64,000 nucleotides of DNA from positions 248,001-312,000 of the forward strand of contig NIVC01001257.1 of the NCBI GenBank assembly GCA_002269645.1, read 5' to 3'. Under the pieces are notes generated by a model. The model was given only the letters and a program-made list of their open reading frames with translations, searched no databases and was not told where the DNA came from. This DNA is from Macrostomum lignano (Eukaryota). Positions 22,647 to 36,460 of the stretch are shown here, in pieces. Position 1 is the stretch's first letter, and every line of letters starts with the position of its first letter. Both the position numbers and the translations under genes were made by a program.

Positions 22647-24243
22647 CGATCACTAGATTACTGATCAAGACGTGTAGATTAAAACGGCTGATTCAATATT
22701 TTTCTATGAATTAGCTAATGCAACAAGTTTCTCGATTAAATGCAGAAGTATTCGAATATATTGAGGACAGGCAAACTGGTCGAGTGAAGTCTGCTAGAGA
22801 ACATGCAGAAGACAGGAGTCAGGCACAACTGAAATCTCTTTGCAGCTTTGCTTCAAGCTTGTTTGTCTACGGTAGCATTTCTAAGAAATATTACCTAGGT
22901 AAAATTACAAGAGTAGCCTTGGACAGATCACACACACTTGCTTCATTTGCAAATATACAGGGTATTCCACGTAAAGTGCCAGACTTGAAAATGGAAAATT
23001 TTTGTCCCCAGCAGTAATTTCAAGTGAACCTTTTAACAAAAGTTCGTTCTATCTATAGGATTTATTGAAAATAAAACCTTTCATGCAGTTGTGTCACTGC
23101 CTTGATGCATAATTAGACAGTAGGAAGTAGATATCGTTATTGAATGCGTGCTGCTCTCGCTGATTAGTCAAAGCCCAAGAAAACATAGAAGACACACAAA
23201 TTTGTATCGATCTGGGCGTACCTGCTATCGCTCAATTATCTTTACCTATTCTTGAGCTCCCCCTCTCCCCTTGAGTCTTTTGCAAACCCAAGAAAGCTTA
23301 AATGCATGTAGCTAAAAATTATGCACAAACCTTCCAAGAAAGCCATGGCCGCAAAAACCGGATTAAGTTACCATATGGATAAGTCTCCTAATTAAGAGGA
23401 TTTCAGCCCTCCTCCCCCGAATGCAGCTGATCGATTGTAGCGAATTTTGAACTCTTCGCGTCACTGCTTTGTCCATGCAGAGTTAGCGGAGCCCAGCTTA
23501 AGTCTGCCTGATTGCAGACCTATTATTGATCCTGAGAGATCTGGGTGACGAGGAGGATTTCAGATTATAGGGAGTGAGATGCAGCGATGTAGTGAGCAAG
23601 TGCTTGCAGGGGGCAGAGGAGACAGAAAATCTTAAGCCTCTGCTTTGAGAACCCAGCTGGCCTGGACTTTTAGTGGGCAGGAGAAGACAGCAGTGGGTTG
23701 CCAGCTGCAAACTGCCAACACCACTGGGAGGAATGGGACACACGCAGACAAGGTGGAGGGAAGATTAATGGCTACCATGCTGCCTGTAAGAGCTACTAGG
23801 AGCAGCAGAGCATCCCCTGCTTGCCTGTGGATCCGAGATCAAAGTCATAAAGAAAGCATTCAACACGCCCACGCAATCCATTCGAATCCCTCCCGGTCTC
23901 TCTCTCCCCATCTTCCCTCTCGTTTCCGAGAATCTAACACGCTGAGAAAAATTTTGCAAACCTACTCACGGCTAGAAAATAACTATTTTAGCCTCAGGAG
24001 AGGCACTTGAAGACTGGCAGGTGGCACTGGCTGAGTGTGTTGGCTGCTGGCAACTGGGAAGCCAGCAAAATGCAGTTTGCAAATGAAAATTTTTTTGTCA
24101 AAATGCTGGCATACGACTCGATAGAAGCAAAATCTCTTTTTGCTGCGAGCAGACTGAAAAAACTGCAGGAGAAAATTAGAGGCACGACTTAAAAAGCAGA
24201 TTGCTCTGCAAAATAGTTTTTCGCGATCATTAACTTGCTTCAG

Positions 24244-24694
<451 letters not shown>

Positions 24695-25446
24695 AGAGTA
24701 GATTCTCGTCACAAAAGCCAGTCCGCAGCTTCTCAGCCGCTCCCCATCATTACTGTCCCCACGTTGCCCTGCCCCAGGCCGCTTGTCACGCAAATTTTCA
24801 CCTTTTCTCTTTTGCTCGCTCAGAAATAGCGCGCAGGAGATTTGGGTAGCAATTTCCTTTTTAAGTGCCTTCTTTGCCCCCCCCTCTATTCGTTACTTTG
24901 CGCCAGAGCACCTGGTAGCCGGACACAGCTGCCTCTCCAGGCGTGTCCTGATTATAACCCTTGCTTTTATTAGCGCTGTTTATAACTGCAGCAGGTTTTG
25001 TATTGTTTGAAATTTCTTCGGGCTCTCAAATGACGAATTGCAAGCAAAGCCAACTCAGGTAGTCCTTTATTGCAAGTTCCTGTGTTTGTCATTTACGAGG
25101 TGTGTCCCAACAGTCCCGGAATGTTTGCTCTAGCTCCTCATTACCTTGACCAGTTTTTATGTTTTATGTCAGACTAAAGATTTCAATGAAAAAAACTGTC
25201 ATTCGAACTTCTCTTTCATGTGGCTTCAGTTAAAAGTTACCCCAAGAAATGTGAAGGAAGGTCAGTACTAGTGTTACAAAACCTCGAATGTATGTGGTGT
25301 CCTTTTTACATCAACAATTCTTTTGCAAAAGTTAACTTTGAATTCGTCAGATGTGGAAACGCCTACGAGTAAATATGCTCACAAGTGAAACAGCAATCGT
25401 CTTCCTGAGAATCGCAGCCCCAAACTGCTTGCCCACGCACCTGCAG

Positions 25447-26567
25447 GCATCTTCCCGCTGCCCTGGTACCTGCTGTCCGAGTTCGCCCACGGCTGGACGG
25501 TGGCCCGCGTCTGCGGCAGCCCCGCGGCGGCGAACCTGGTGAACATCATGATGACCACCCTGCCGACCATCGCTCACACAGCCTCAATTTGGTTCACTGT
25601 GATCCTGGCTATCCAGCGCTGGATCTACATCACCTTCCCCATGTCAGTGCAGCGTCTGTGCACCAACCGAACCTCGGTTGTCTCCATTGTCATCGTGCTG
25701 GCGCTGACAACAGCCTTCATGGCCATCTGGCTGTACTTGGACGGGCCGTACACCTTCGCCATGGCGTCGGACGCTGGACGACCCGACCTGGTGGTTTCCT
25801 GCAACTTTGCCAACCAGCAGTCGCTGTTCGAAGGCCTGATCTATACGAGAACTCTCCTGGTGAACCTGGTGCCATCCGTGCTGCTGCTGGTGTTCACCAG
25901 CCTGCTGGTCAACGGAATGCGAAAGGCCGCCAAGCGGAGGAAGCTGCTGCTGAGCGGGCGAAGGACGCAGCAGCAACAGCAGCAGCAGCTGATCCAAAAG
26001 GTATGCAATGTTGAGTTTCTGAAATATTAATGACAAAATGATATCATATAAAAAAATGAAATCAAAGAATTTCTAATCGAAATCTTTCGCCAGGATCAGA
26101 AAGCTCCAGCCACCGGTTCGTCAAGCAGCGCGCATCAGCGCAGACGCGAAGAACCCAGCAACACGACAGCCATGCTAACCACTGTGGTGGGAATATTCAT
26201 GGTAGTGGAGCTCCCCATGACGGTCGTCATGTCCGTCTACGCGCTGAACCTCAGCAACCTGCCCTCACTGGAATTCATGGGCTTTGCTCTGCCAGTGATC
26301 AACTTCACCATCTTGGTCACTTATCCTGTGAATTTTTTCATCTACACCAAAATGTCCAGCCAGTTTCGCCAGACTTTCGCCGTCACATTCGGCCGGGCGA
26401 GCGCCGTGGCCGGTAGAGGACGCGGCGGCGGCGGCGGCCGGCAGCAGAATCCAAATCGAGCCGCTCCATCAGTTCCAGCCGCTGAGCAGCCGCTCAACAG
26501 TTCGAAGGGCGCGCTGGTTGCTAAGGCCAACGGCGATGAGGCTGCTCCGATCACGTCTGATCTCTAG
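25447..26567 (+). CDS. Duplicated exons 2-3 of the SPR-like GPCR (no private exon 1)
   Basis: Exons 25447-26000 and 26094-26567; splice sites intact; protein identical to copy 1 in the ORF track. Confidence 0.8.
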
Positions 26568-26974
26568 GCCTCTCAAATCGTCTCTGCTTATGGCGATTGA
26601 AGATTAAGGAAGTGTGAGATGCAATGGCCATAGGCTTCAGAACTGCTACTAGGATGCATACAGATGCTTAACTCACTGTCACATCCACTGTCTATTGTAA
26701 CAGTAGAAGTACAGCGTAGAACGTGTGATAGTAATTGTGATTATATCTATAGAGAATTAGTTTTTTAATATTTATTTAATTGTCTCACATGCACGTTAAA
26801 CACTTTGCATAAGCGCGTCTTTAGTTAGTGTTCAGTGCCCTCTCACAAAGAATATTTACTACGAGCGTAGATTAACAAATTGACAAATCAGCATTATTAA
26901 AATAAAGCACATTCCCTCCAAATCCATATTTAAAATCCATATACTAATGTTAACACTAAATCGGGAGCTGGCGG

Positions 26975-27560
26975 GATATAAAACGGAGCCAATCGATAAA
27001 CCCCCTTACTCCAATTCACACATCAGCAATAAAGTGGGCTAGAGGGATAGAAAACGGAGTGGGTGGGGTTGAAGAGCCCGACCAGAAAGTCAATCGATTA
27101 ACCCCCTCACTCCAATTCACACATCAGCAATAAAGTGGGCTAGAGGGATAGAAAACGGAGTGGGTGGGGTTGAAGAGCCCGACCAGAAAGTCAATCGATT
27201 AACCCCCTCACTCCAATTCACACATCAGCAATAAAGTGGGCTAGAGGGATAGAAAACGGAGTGGGTGGGGTTGAAGAGCCCGACCAGAAAGTCAATCGAT
27301 TAACCCCCTCACTCCAATTCACACATCAGCAATAAAGTGGGCTAGAGGGATAGAAAACGGAGTGGGTAGGGTTGAAGAGCCCGACCAGAAAGTCAATCGA
27401 TTAACCCCCTCACTCCAATTCACACATCAGCAATAAAGTGGGCTAGAGGGATAGAAAACGGAGTGGGTAGGGTTGAAGAGCCCGACCAGAAAGTCAATCG
27501 ATTAACCCCCTCACTCCAATTCACACATCAGCGATGTGATAGCGGGATAGAAAATGAGGC
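26975..27560. repeat. 101-bp satellite, ~5.5 units (duplicate copy)
   Basis: CCAATTCAC at 27011, 27112 and 27213 gives a period of 101. Confidence 0.93.
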
Positions 27561-28470
27561 GTTAGGTCAACTAAATCAACTGGTACACATACATGTACGA
27601 GTACCCCAACCCCTCCGAGTAAAACAGCGATAAATGGGGGTAAAGAAAGCTAATATGTTCAGTCAGCTTTCATTTTTCCTCCAATTTTTGCAACTCTAAC
27701 ATACCCGTAAAATACGCATGTAAAGTATACAATAGCGGTTTAGTTAAATGGCTTTGCTAAGATCGTTGTATACAAGTCAATCAGACTCTGTACGTACGTG
27801 TACGTTATTCGACCCAGCACAGCTGTAACATGACGTTGCAATGAAAACGATGAACTGTTCGTCTTTTGGAATAACTTTGTTTACTCGAACCACGCAACAT
27901 TCAATGTTTGTGTTAAAATTTCAATACGATTTCACTATTCGCTGTTTCTACTATTTTTCAAGGCACTAATACACATTTCCTCTGCGCTTTACGCACATCG
28001 GCAGACAAGTAAATGTAATCAAGTATAGTTAAATGTCTCGTATTTTATTGACTTCAGCCAAAGCTTGCACGCGGCTTGGTCTTGTAAATTTTTTTTTCAG
28101 TTGACTGAGCTTTTCGAGCAAAATGAGATGCGAATAAACCTCTCCAAGAGACAGAAATGCCGGCCCAGCAGCTTGTTGCGCCTTCAGCTTCGCTTCATAA
28201 CTAACTTGGCGTGATCGTCTCCGGTTCCCGGCACCTCTCTATTTTCTATCAGTGTTTGCTTTGACTAAGAAAATACAATGCGACAGAAATACTAAAAAAT
28301 GTGTTGTCCTTGCTTGCTCGCTGATGTGTCGTCTTTTCTTATTTGCCTTGACTTAACCCCGCACCAATTATGCCCCAGCTCTATGAAAGACACGTTCCGA
28401 GCAAACACAGCCGGAGTCGCGTGAAAGCCTCAAAACATGGGGATTTTTGGCGCAGATGAGGTCAACGAAA

Positions 28471-30118
28471 AGTGCATGTCTCTGGACGGCCTCTGAGGCT
28501 GTGGCACACATGCTAATGTGCATGTCTCTGGAAGGCCTCTGAGGCTGTAGCACACATGCTAATGTGCATGTCTCTGGATGGCCTCTGAGGCTGTGGCACA
28601 CATGCTAATGTGCATGTCTCTGGATGGCCTCTGAGGCTGTGGCACACATGCTAATGTGCATGTCTCTGGATGGATGGCCTCTGAGGCTGTGGCACACATG
28701 CTAATGTGCATGTCTCTGGATGGCCTCTGAGGCTGTGGCACACATGCTAATGTGCATGTCTCTGGATGGATGGCCTCTGAGGCTGTGGCACACATGCTAA
28801 TGTGCATGTCTCTGGATGGATGGCCTCTGAGGCTGTAGCACACATGCTAATGTGCATGTCTCTGGATGGATGGCCTCTGAGGCTGTGGCACATATGCTAA
28901 TGTGTATGTCTCGTGATGGATGGCCTCTGAGGCTGTGGCACACATGCTAATGTGCATGTCTCTGGATGGCCTCTGAGGCTGTGGCACACATGCTAATGTG
29001 CATGTCTCTGGATGGATGGCCTCTGAGGCTGTGGCACACATGCTAATGTGCATGTCTCTGGATGGATGGCCTCTGAGGCTGTGGCACACATGCTAATGTG
29101 CATGTCTCTGGATGGCCTCTGAGGCTGTGGCACACATGCTAATGTGCATGTCTCTGGATGGATGGCCTCTGAGGCTGTGGCACACATGCTAATGTGCATG
29201 TCTCTGGATGGATGGCCTCTGAGGCTGTAGCACACATGCTAATGTGCATGTCTCTGGATGGATGGCCTCTGAGGCTGTGGCACATATGCTAATGTGTATG
29301 TCTCGTGATGGATGGCCTCTGAGGCTGTGGCACACATGCTAATGTGCATGTCTCTGGATGGCCTCTGAGGCTGTGGCACACATGCTAATGTGCATGTCTC
29401 TGGATGGATGGCCTCTGAGGCTGTGGCACACATGCTAATGTGCATGTCTCTGGATGGATGGCCTCTGAGGCTGTGGCACACATGCTAATGTGCATGTCTC
29501 TGGATGGCCTCTGAGGCTGTGGCACACATGCTAATGTGCATGTCTCTGGATGGATGGCCTCTGAGGCTGTGGCACACATGCTAATGTGCATGTCTCTGGA
29601 TGGATGGCCTCTGAGGCTGTAGCACACATGCTAATGTGCATGTCTCTGGATGGATGGCCTCTGAGGCTGTGGCACATATGCTAATGTGTATGTCTCGTGA
29701 TGGATGGCCTCTGAGGCTGTGGCACACATGCTAATGTGCATGTCTCTGGATGGCCTCTGAGGCTGTGGCACACATGCTAATGTGCATGTCTCTGGATGGC
29801 CTCTGAGGCTGTGGCACACATGCTAATGTGCATGTCTCTGGATGGATGGCCTCTGAGGCTGTAGCACACATGCTAATGTGCATGTCTCTGGATGGCCTCT
29901 GAGGCTGTGGCACACATGCTAATGTGCATGTCTCTGGATGGATGGCCTCTGAGGCTGTAGCACACATGCTAATGTGCATGTCTCTGGATGGCCTCTGAGG
30001 CTGTGGCACACATGCTAATGTGCATGTCTCTGGATGGATGGCCTCTGAGGCTGTAGCACACATGCTAATGTGCATGTCTCTGGATGGATGGCCTCTGAGG
30101 CTGTGGCACACATGCTAA
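28471..30118. repeat. 46/50-bp minisatellite, longer copy
   Basis: Same unit as 20705-21452, about 33 units. Confidence 0.95.
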
Positions 30119-30544
30119 TTAGCACGAATAAAGATGGTCAACACAAAATCAGTCTGGACAGCTAAGAGAAAAAGAGAATTTTAACAAGCATAACAGTGAA
30201 AGTAAGAGATAAATTAACCAAGATTTCATTAAGAAAATTTCGCCATCAATCTGGCCATCAGAGTCGGAAAAAATTTAAGACAAAACTTGCCGAATTTCGT
30301 GTTTAATCTTCTGCTTGGAGCGGTGGCTCAGCATCGAAACGTTCCGCATCGCCGCAAAAGCTCCACTCCTCAAATTCGGAGATCGGCAAACGTGATCTGG
30401 GTGACAAAAACTGACGCAAAATACAGGTGAACTTGAAGAGCGCAGACCAGAGGCGCCGCTACAGAAAACGTTACAGAAAAACTCGATCCCTAAAAGCTGA
30501 AATTAACCGCTAGCTAGGGAAAAAATCGTGCGAACAAAGGGTAA

Positions 30545-31003
30545 GACAGTTGAGGGAGGGGTGAGACAGCTGGAGGAGGGGTGAGACAGCTGAGAGAGGC
30601 ATGAGACAGCTAAGAGTGGGGTGGGAGACAGCTGAGGACAGACAGTGAGACACAGTTGTGAAGGGGTGAGACACAGTTAGGGAGGGGTGAGACACAGTTG
30701 GGTAGGGGTGAGACACAGTTAGGGAGGGGTGAGACACAGCTGGGGAGGGGTGAGACAGCTGGGGAGGGGTGAGACAGCTGGGGAGGGGTGAGACAGCTGG
30801 GGAGAGGTGAGACACAGTTAGGGAGGGGTGAGACACAGCTGGGGAGGGGTGAGACACAGTTGGGTAGGGGTGAGACACAGCTGGGGAGGGGTGAGACACA
30901 GCTGGGGAGGGGTGAGACACAGCTGGGGAGGGGTGAGACACAGCTGGGGAGGGGTGAGACACAGCTGGGGAAGGGTGAGACACAGCTGGGGAGGGGTGAG
31001 ACA
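30545..31003. repeat. 21-bp G-rich minisatellite (GGGGAGGGGTGAGACACAGCT)n
   Basis: Tandem units; the same family occurs at 32420-32858. Confidence 0.95.
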
Positions 31004-32111
31004 CAGAAGGTACATGACAAAGTGGAGGCAGAGATGAGGCGTGAGTAGTGCGGCATGAGTAGTGCGGCGATATTTTTAGTCAGTTCTGTAAAGCTACGCA
31101 ACTCAAAGGGCAAGCGCGCGGTTAACTAGGCATCTACAGAGAAGCGCACACGCATAAAAGTACATGAATATATTATAACGCTAGACTGACGCGGTAATTA
31201 CAAAAATGTATTTCAACGTTGACACTATACACGCATATATATAACGCAAACGTCAATATTTAAATATTTAAATATGAAACAAAAACACACAAAAAGCTGA
31301 GGCGTCAAACACCTACTAGCAGACGGACATGAGTCAGGAGGCTAACACGGCAGTTAAATACGGATAAGATTATAAATCTACAAGCGTTTACGGCCGTGTC
31401 AGTCTACTGTGAGTAGTGAGTAGTGAAAAAAAATCATGCAAACATAATATACAATAACGGGACGCAATTCTGAGTTTGAAACCAGGGGGGGGGGGAACTA
31501 AAAGCAAGGGCATTTACTTCATTCATCACTACTGACCAAAATACTATAGTTAACAGATATTAGGCTAGGCAAAAAAATCGTACAAAGACTTGCATGACTG
31601 AGATCGCGCACGCCAACTTATACACTTCATTTCCGGTTCAGGCGAGAAAGGGCTTGAAAATTGCTTGAAACTGAAAATAATCCAGATACTGATGATTGGC
31701 TCATTTTCTAAATAACTTCATTAACTGATATTAATTGCAATCTGAAGAACAATTAAAATATACGTGACAAAATCACCTCCTTCAAAGTCTTTTCATACGA
31801 GTAGTGTACACAACAAAAGTACATTTGGTGAGGTACTTAGTAAGAGTACATTTTGCCGGATGTACTTTTTAAGAGTGCATTTGGCCGATGTACACTGTAA
31901 AAGTACATTTAGCCAATGTCAATTTTTACCCTGTGAACTCGTATACACCAAAAGTACATTTGTAAATCTTTTGGAAAGAAAAGAAAGAAACTGCGAATTA
32001 TTAAAAAAGAAAGAAACCTGCAAGCTTCTAAATGGGAAGCACAGCCCGCGAGCCATTCAAATACTCTGGGGATTCGGCACAGGCGGCCATGATGACTGGG
32101 GAAGGCTGCGC

Positions 32112-35100
32112 TCACTTCTGCACTGTTGCTTTCGGATTGGGCGGCAAAGGCCGGCCGGCGATCCCGCTCGTCCGACTGTTGTGAAAGTGGTCCATGGCGA
32201 CCTGCTGGGGCGGCAGACGGCCCCGGCTGCTGCTTACAATTATTGGGCCACCGCCGCCAGAGGTCATTCCGGCGCCAGAGGTTGACGCTACGGCGCCGCC
32301 AGCGGCGCCGGCGCCATTCCGATGGTGCAGAGCCAGCATCTGCTGCTGCTGTTGCTGCTGATGGTCGTGACCGCCTCCGCGATTCTTTGCTGCAGCTGAA
32401 GTAACGCAGGATCCGGTTGGGAGGTGGGGTGAGACACCTCTGGGGAGGGGTGAGATACAGCTGGGGAGGGGTGAGACACAGGTGGGGAGGGGTGAGACAC
32501 AGCTGGGTAGGGGTGAGACACAGCTGGGGAGGGGTGAGACACAGTTGGGGAGGGGTGAGACACAGCTGGGTAGGGGTGAGACACAGTTGGGTAGGGGTGA
32601 GACACAGCTGGGGAGGGGTGAGACACAGCTGGGTAGGGGTGAGACACAGCTGGGAAGGGGTGAGACACAGCTGAGGAGGGGTGAGACACAGCTGGGGATG
32701 GTGAGACACAGTTGGGGAGGGGTGAGACACAGTTGGGGAGGGGTGAGACACAGTTGGGGAGGGGTGAGACACAGTTGGGGAGGGGTGAGACACAGTTGGG
32801 GAGGGGTGAGACACAGCTGGGGAGGGGTGAGACACCGCTGGGGAGGGGTGAGACAGCCGTGAGAGTACAAAGACAATCGATAACTAAACTAACCGATAGC
32901 AGGCTGAGCGGCCGTCTGGCCAAACTTGAGCATATTCCAGTCAAACACATAGTCGTAGGTGAAGCCCTCCCTGTGGAACAGGTTCCTGAACAGCTGTCTC
33001 AGGTAGCTATAGTCGGGCTTATCATCGAACCGCAGCGATCTGCAGAAGGTGAGGTAGGTGGCGAACTCGCCAGGGTAGCCCTGGCACAGGGCTTCAACTG
33101 GGGTTTGCATTTTTTTCTCGCTGATCCGCTCGTACTTCTGCCGCTTGGTAGCCGCCTTCAGGCCTTGCCAGGGCAGGGCGCCGCGCAGGAAGTACATGAA
33201 CACGTAGCCTAGGGATTCCATGTCGTCTCGGCGGGCTTGCTCTGCGGAGTTGCGGGGATAAATGGGATTAACAGCATGCATGCAAGTTTGCAGTTTTACC
33301 TACTGCCGTCGAGAAGGCAAATTTGAGGCTAATGGGGACTGAGGGGAGATGGGGATAAATGGGATGGGGATGAGGGGAATTAGGGATGAAGATGATGAGG
33401 TAGATGGGGATGAGAGGATGGGAATGAGGGAGATAGGCTGAGAAAGAGATGGGGGTGGGGATCATGCTTGGGCGCAACCTAGGGATTCACCCGGCCGTTT
33501 CTATTGGCAACACACACATGTAAGTCGCTATTGGACGGAATAGTAGTCACGTGACTGCTCTCAGCCAATAGCGACTTACATGTGTGTGTTGCCAATAGAA
33601 ACGGCCGAGTGATTCCCAAGGTTGCGCATGTTTGGTGGGGATATGAGGAAGAGGGAGATGGGGTGAGGTGTAGATGATGCTGAGGAAGAGATGGGGATGA
33701 GGGAGAGATAGGAATGAGGATAAGATGGGAATGAGATAAAAATGGGGATGAGGGAGATGAGGGAGAGGTGGAAATGAGGGAGAGAAGGGGATGAGGGAGA
33801 GGTGGGAATGAGGAAGAGATGGGGATGAGGGAGAGATGGGGATGAGAGAGAGATGGGGATAAGGGAGAGATGGGGATGAGGGAGAGATGGGGATGAGGGA
33901 GAGATGGGGATGAGGGAGAGATGGGGATGAGGGAGAGATGGGGATTAGGGAGAGATAGGAATGAGGGAGAGATGGGGATGAGGGAGAGATGGGGATGAGG
34001 GAGAGATGGGGATGAGAGAGAGATGGGGATAAGGGAGAGATGGGGATGAGGGAGAGATGGGGATGAGGGAGAGATGGGGATGAGGGAGAGATGGGGATGA
34101 GGGAGAGATGGGGATGAGGGAGAGATGGGGATGAGGGAGAGATGGGGATGAGGGAGAGATGGGGATGAGGGAGAGATGGGGATGAGGGAGAGATGGGGAT
34201 GAGGGAGAGATGGGGATGAGGGAGAGATGGGGATGAGGGAGAGATGGGGATGAGGGAGAGATGGGGATGAGGGAGAGATGGGGATGAGGGAGAGATGGGG
34301 ATGAGGGAGAGATGGGGATGAGGGAGAGATGAGAATAAAGCAGTGTGATGCAGGAGGCAAGAGTTACAATACGCAAGCAGACTCACCAATGCCGAGGTGC
34401 GTGTTAACGCTGGCATATCTGGCTGTACCGGTGAGGTTCTTATTCTCCCTGTACGGTATGTGCTGGTGAGTCTTGGAGTCCCTGTACTTCTTGGCCAGAC
34501 CAAAGTCGATCATGTAGACCAAGTTGCCCTTCTTGCCAAGGCCCATCAAGAAGTTGTCGGGCTTCACGTCTCTGAAATGAAATAAATGCACTAGTGGAAA
34601 TTACAGGCATTCAACTATCGGATAGACTTTGAATACACGCTCGTACCACCTGCTTTCGTATTGAAATCTACGAGATGAAAATCTAGGAGGTGAATGTAGC
34701 GGGATGTGATAAAATGAAGGAGAATGTGATTAGAATGAAGGAAATGTGATAAAAATACAGAGAATGTGATAAGAATTCAGGGAATGTAAATAAATTTAGG
34801 GAAAGTGATGGAACCCAGGAAATGTGATGGAATTCAGGAAATGTAATGGAATTCAGGGAATGTGATGATGGAATTCAGGGTATGTGATGGAATTCAGGGA
34901 ATGTGATGATGGAATTCAGGGAATGTGATGATGGAATTCAGGGAATGTGATGGAATTCAGGGAATGTGATGGAATTCAGGGAATGTGATCATGGAATTCA
35001 GGGTATGTGATGGAATTCAGGGAATGTGATGATGGAATTCAGGGAATGTGATGGAATTCAGGGAATGTGATGATGGAATTCAGGGAATGTGATGGAATTC

Positions 35101-35985
35101 AGGGAATGTGATGATGGAATTCAGGGAATGTGATGATGGAATTCAGGGAATGTGATGGAATTCAGGGAATGTGATGGAATTCAGGGAATGTGATGATGGA
35201 ATTCAGGGAATGTGATGGAATTCAGGGAATGTGATCATGGAATTCAGGGAATGTGATGGAATTCAGGGAATATGATCATGGAATTCAGGGAATGTGATGG
35301 AATTCAGGGAATGTGATGATGGAATTCAGGGAATGTGATGATGGAATTCAGGGAATGTGATGGAATTCAGGGAATGTGATGGAATTCAGGGAATGTGATG
35401 ATGGAATTCAGGGAATGTGATGGAATTCAGGGAATGTGATGATGGAATTCAGGGAATGTGATGGAATTCAGGGAATGTGATGATGGAATTCAGGGAATGT
35501 GATGAAATTCAGGGAATGTAATTAAATTGAGGGAATGTAATGGAATCCAGAGAATGTTATGCAATCCAGGGACTATTCAAAGTTCTAAGGAAACAACTGA
35601 CAGACCTGTGAATGAAGTTCTTGCTGTGAATGAACTCAATACGGTTCAGCAGCTGGTCAGCCAACAGCAGCACAGTTTTCAGCTTGAATTTTCGACCGCA
35701 AAAATTGAACAAATCTTCGAGACTGGGCCCCAGCAGTTCCAGCACCATCACATTGTAGTCGCCCTCCGTGCCACACCATTTAACAACTGGCACCCCAATA
35801 CCGCCCTGCAACATGCGGTAAATTTTGCTCTCAATGTGCAGCTGCGGGTGCTTGGTGCGCACACACTCCAGCTTGATGGCCACCTCCTCGCCATTGGTGA
35901 CATCCGTGCCAAGGTAGATGTCGCCAAATGAGCCGCTGCCAATTTTTCTCCCCAACCTGTACTTGTTGCCAACTCGAAGCTCCAT
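32112..35985 (-). CDS. CSNK1E: Casein kinase I epsilon/delta (doubletime-like)
   Basis: [55 protein letters not shown]. Exons 35985-35606, 34571-34387, 33241-32894 and a probable 32395-32112 (phases 2, 1, 1). Epsilon versus delta cannot be resolved outside vertebrates. Confidence 0.95.
32420..32858. repeat. 21-bp G-rich minisatellite in CK1 intron 3
   Basis: Same unit as 30545-31003. Confidence 0.95.
33472..33627. mobile_element. Hairpin MITE-like element (156 bp) in CK1 intron 2
   Basis: 63-bp inverted arms (33472-33534 and 33565-33627, 3 mismatches) flanked by ATGCTTGG / ATGTTTGG, a 7/8-matching putative 8-bp TSD. Confidence 0.7.
33640..34335. repeat. 17-bp purine-rich minisatellite (GAGATGGGGATGAGGGA)n in CK1 intron 2
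   Basis: Tandem units; degenerate copies also at 33340-33460. Confidence 0.95.
34805..35520. repeat. 19/22-bp minisatellite (TGTGATGGAATTCAGGGAA)n in CK1 intron 1
   Basis: Tandem units with an optional extra TGA/TCA. Confidence 0.95.
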
Positions 35986-36269
35986 TTGCTTCTCGAGTCA
36001 GTTGATTTCTTCTTGCGCTTTTAGTGCTTCCTGCCGCTGCTATTGCCCGGATGACAGCTGCCTCTAACAAGTGGAGCTTGGGCATAAATTGATTTTTCAA
36101 AACATGTTTTCATCACAAGGTAAAAAATGGGAGTAACTATGGCTTTATTTACTAGGTTATTGACTCGCCAGCTAATTAGTAAAATCTACAAACATCAAAT
36201 ATTTGTTTTTGGTAGAAAGTATGCTTATCTTTTCAATTATTTTTGATTGCTTGTTAGGTGACTTAACAA

Positions 36270-36460
36270 GGGGGTTGTAGACTAGTGTTTAGAGTGCCAG
36301 ACTCACGACTTGAAGGTTGAGAGGTTCAATTTCTGATCCTATTAGAACAATTTGTGTCCTTGAGCAAGAGACTTAATTCTGCATTGCTTTAATTCACCTG
36401 TAAAATGGGTGCCAGCATTAGCTAAAGTAATTAAAGGGTGTTTGTGGCAACCCTTCCTTC
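36270..36460 (+). mobile_element. Probable decayed tRNA-derived CORE-type SINE
   Basis: A/B-box-like TAGTGTTTAGAG and GGTTCAATTTC, followed by GTGTCCTTGAGCAAGAGACTTAA...CTGTAAAATGGG, which resembles the MIR/CORE domain. Confidence 0.5.

Noticed and set aside
30510-34503. Pro/Ser/His-rich ORFs around and within CK1
   Set aside because: Translations of the 21-bp and 17-bp minisatellites; only the unique 32395-32112 part fits as an exon.
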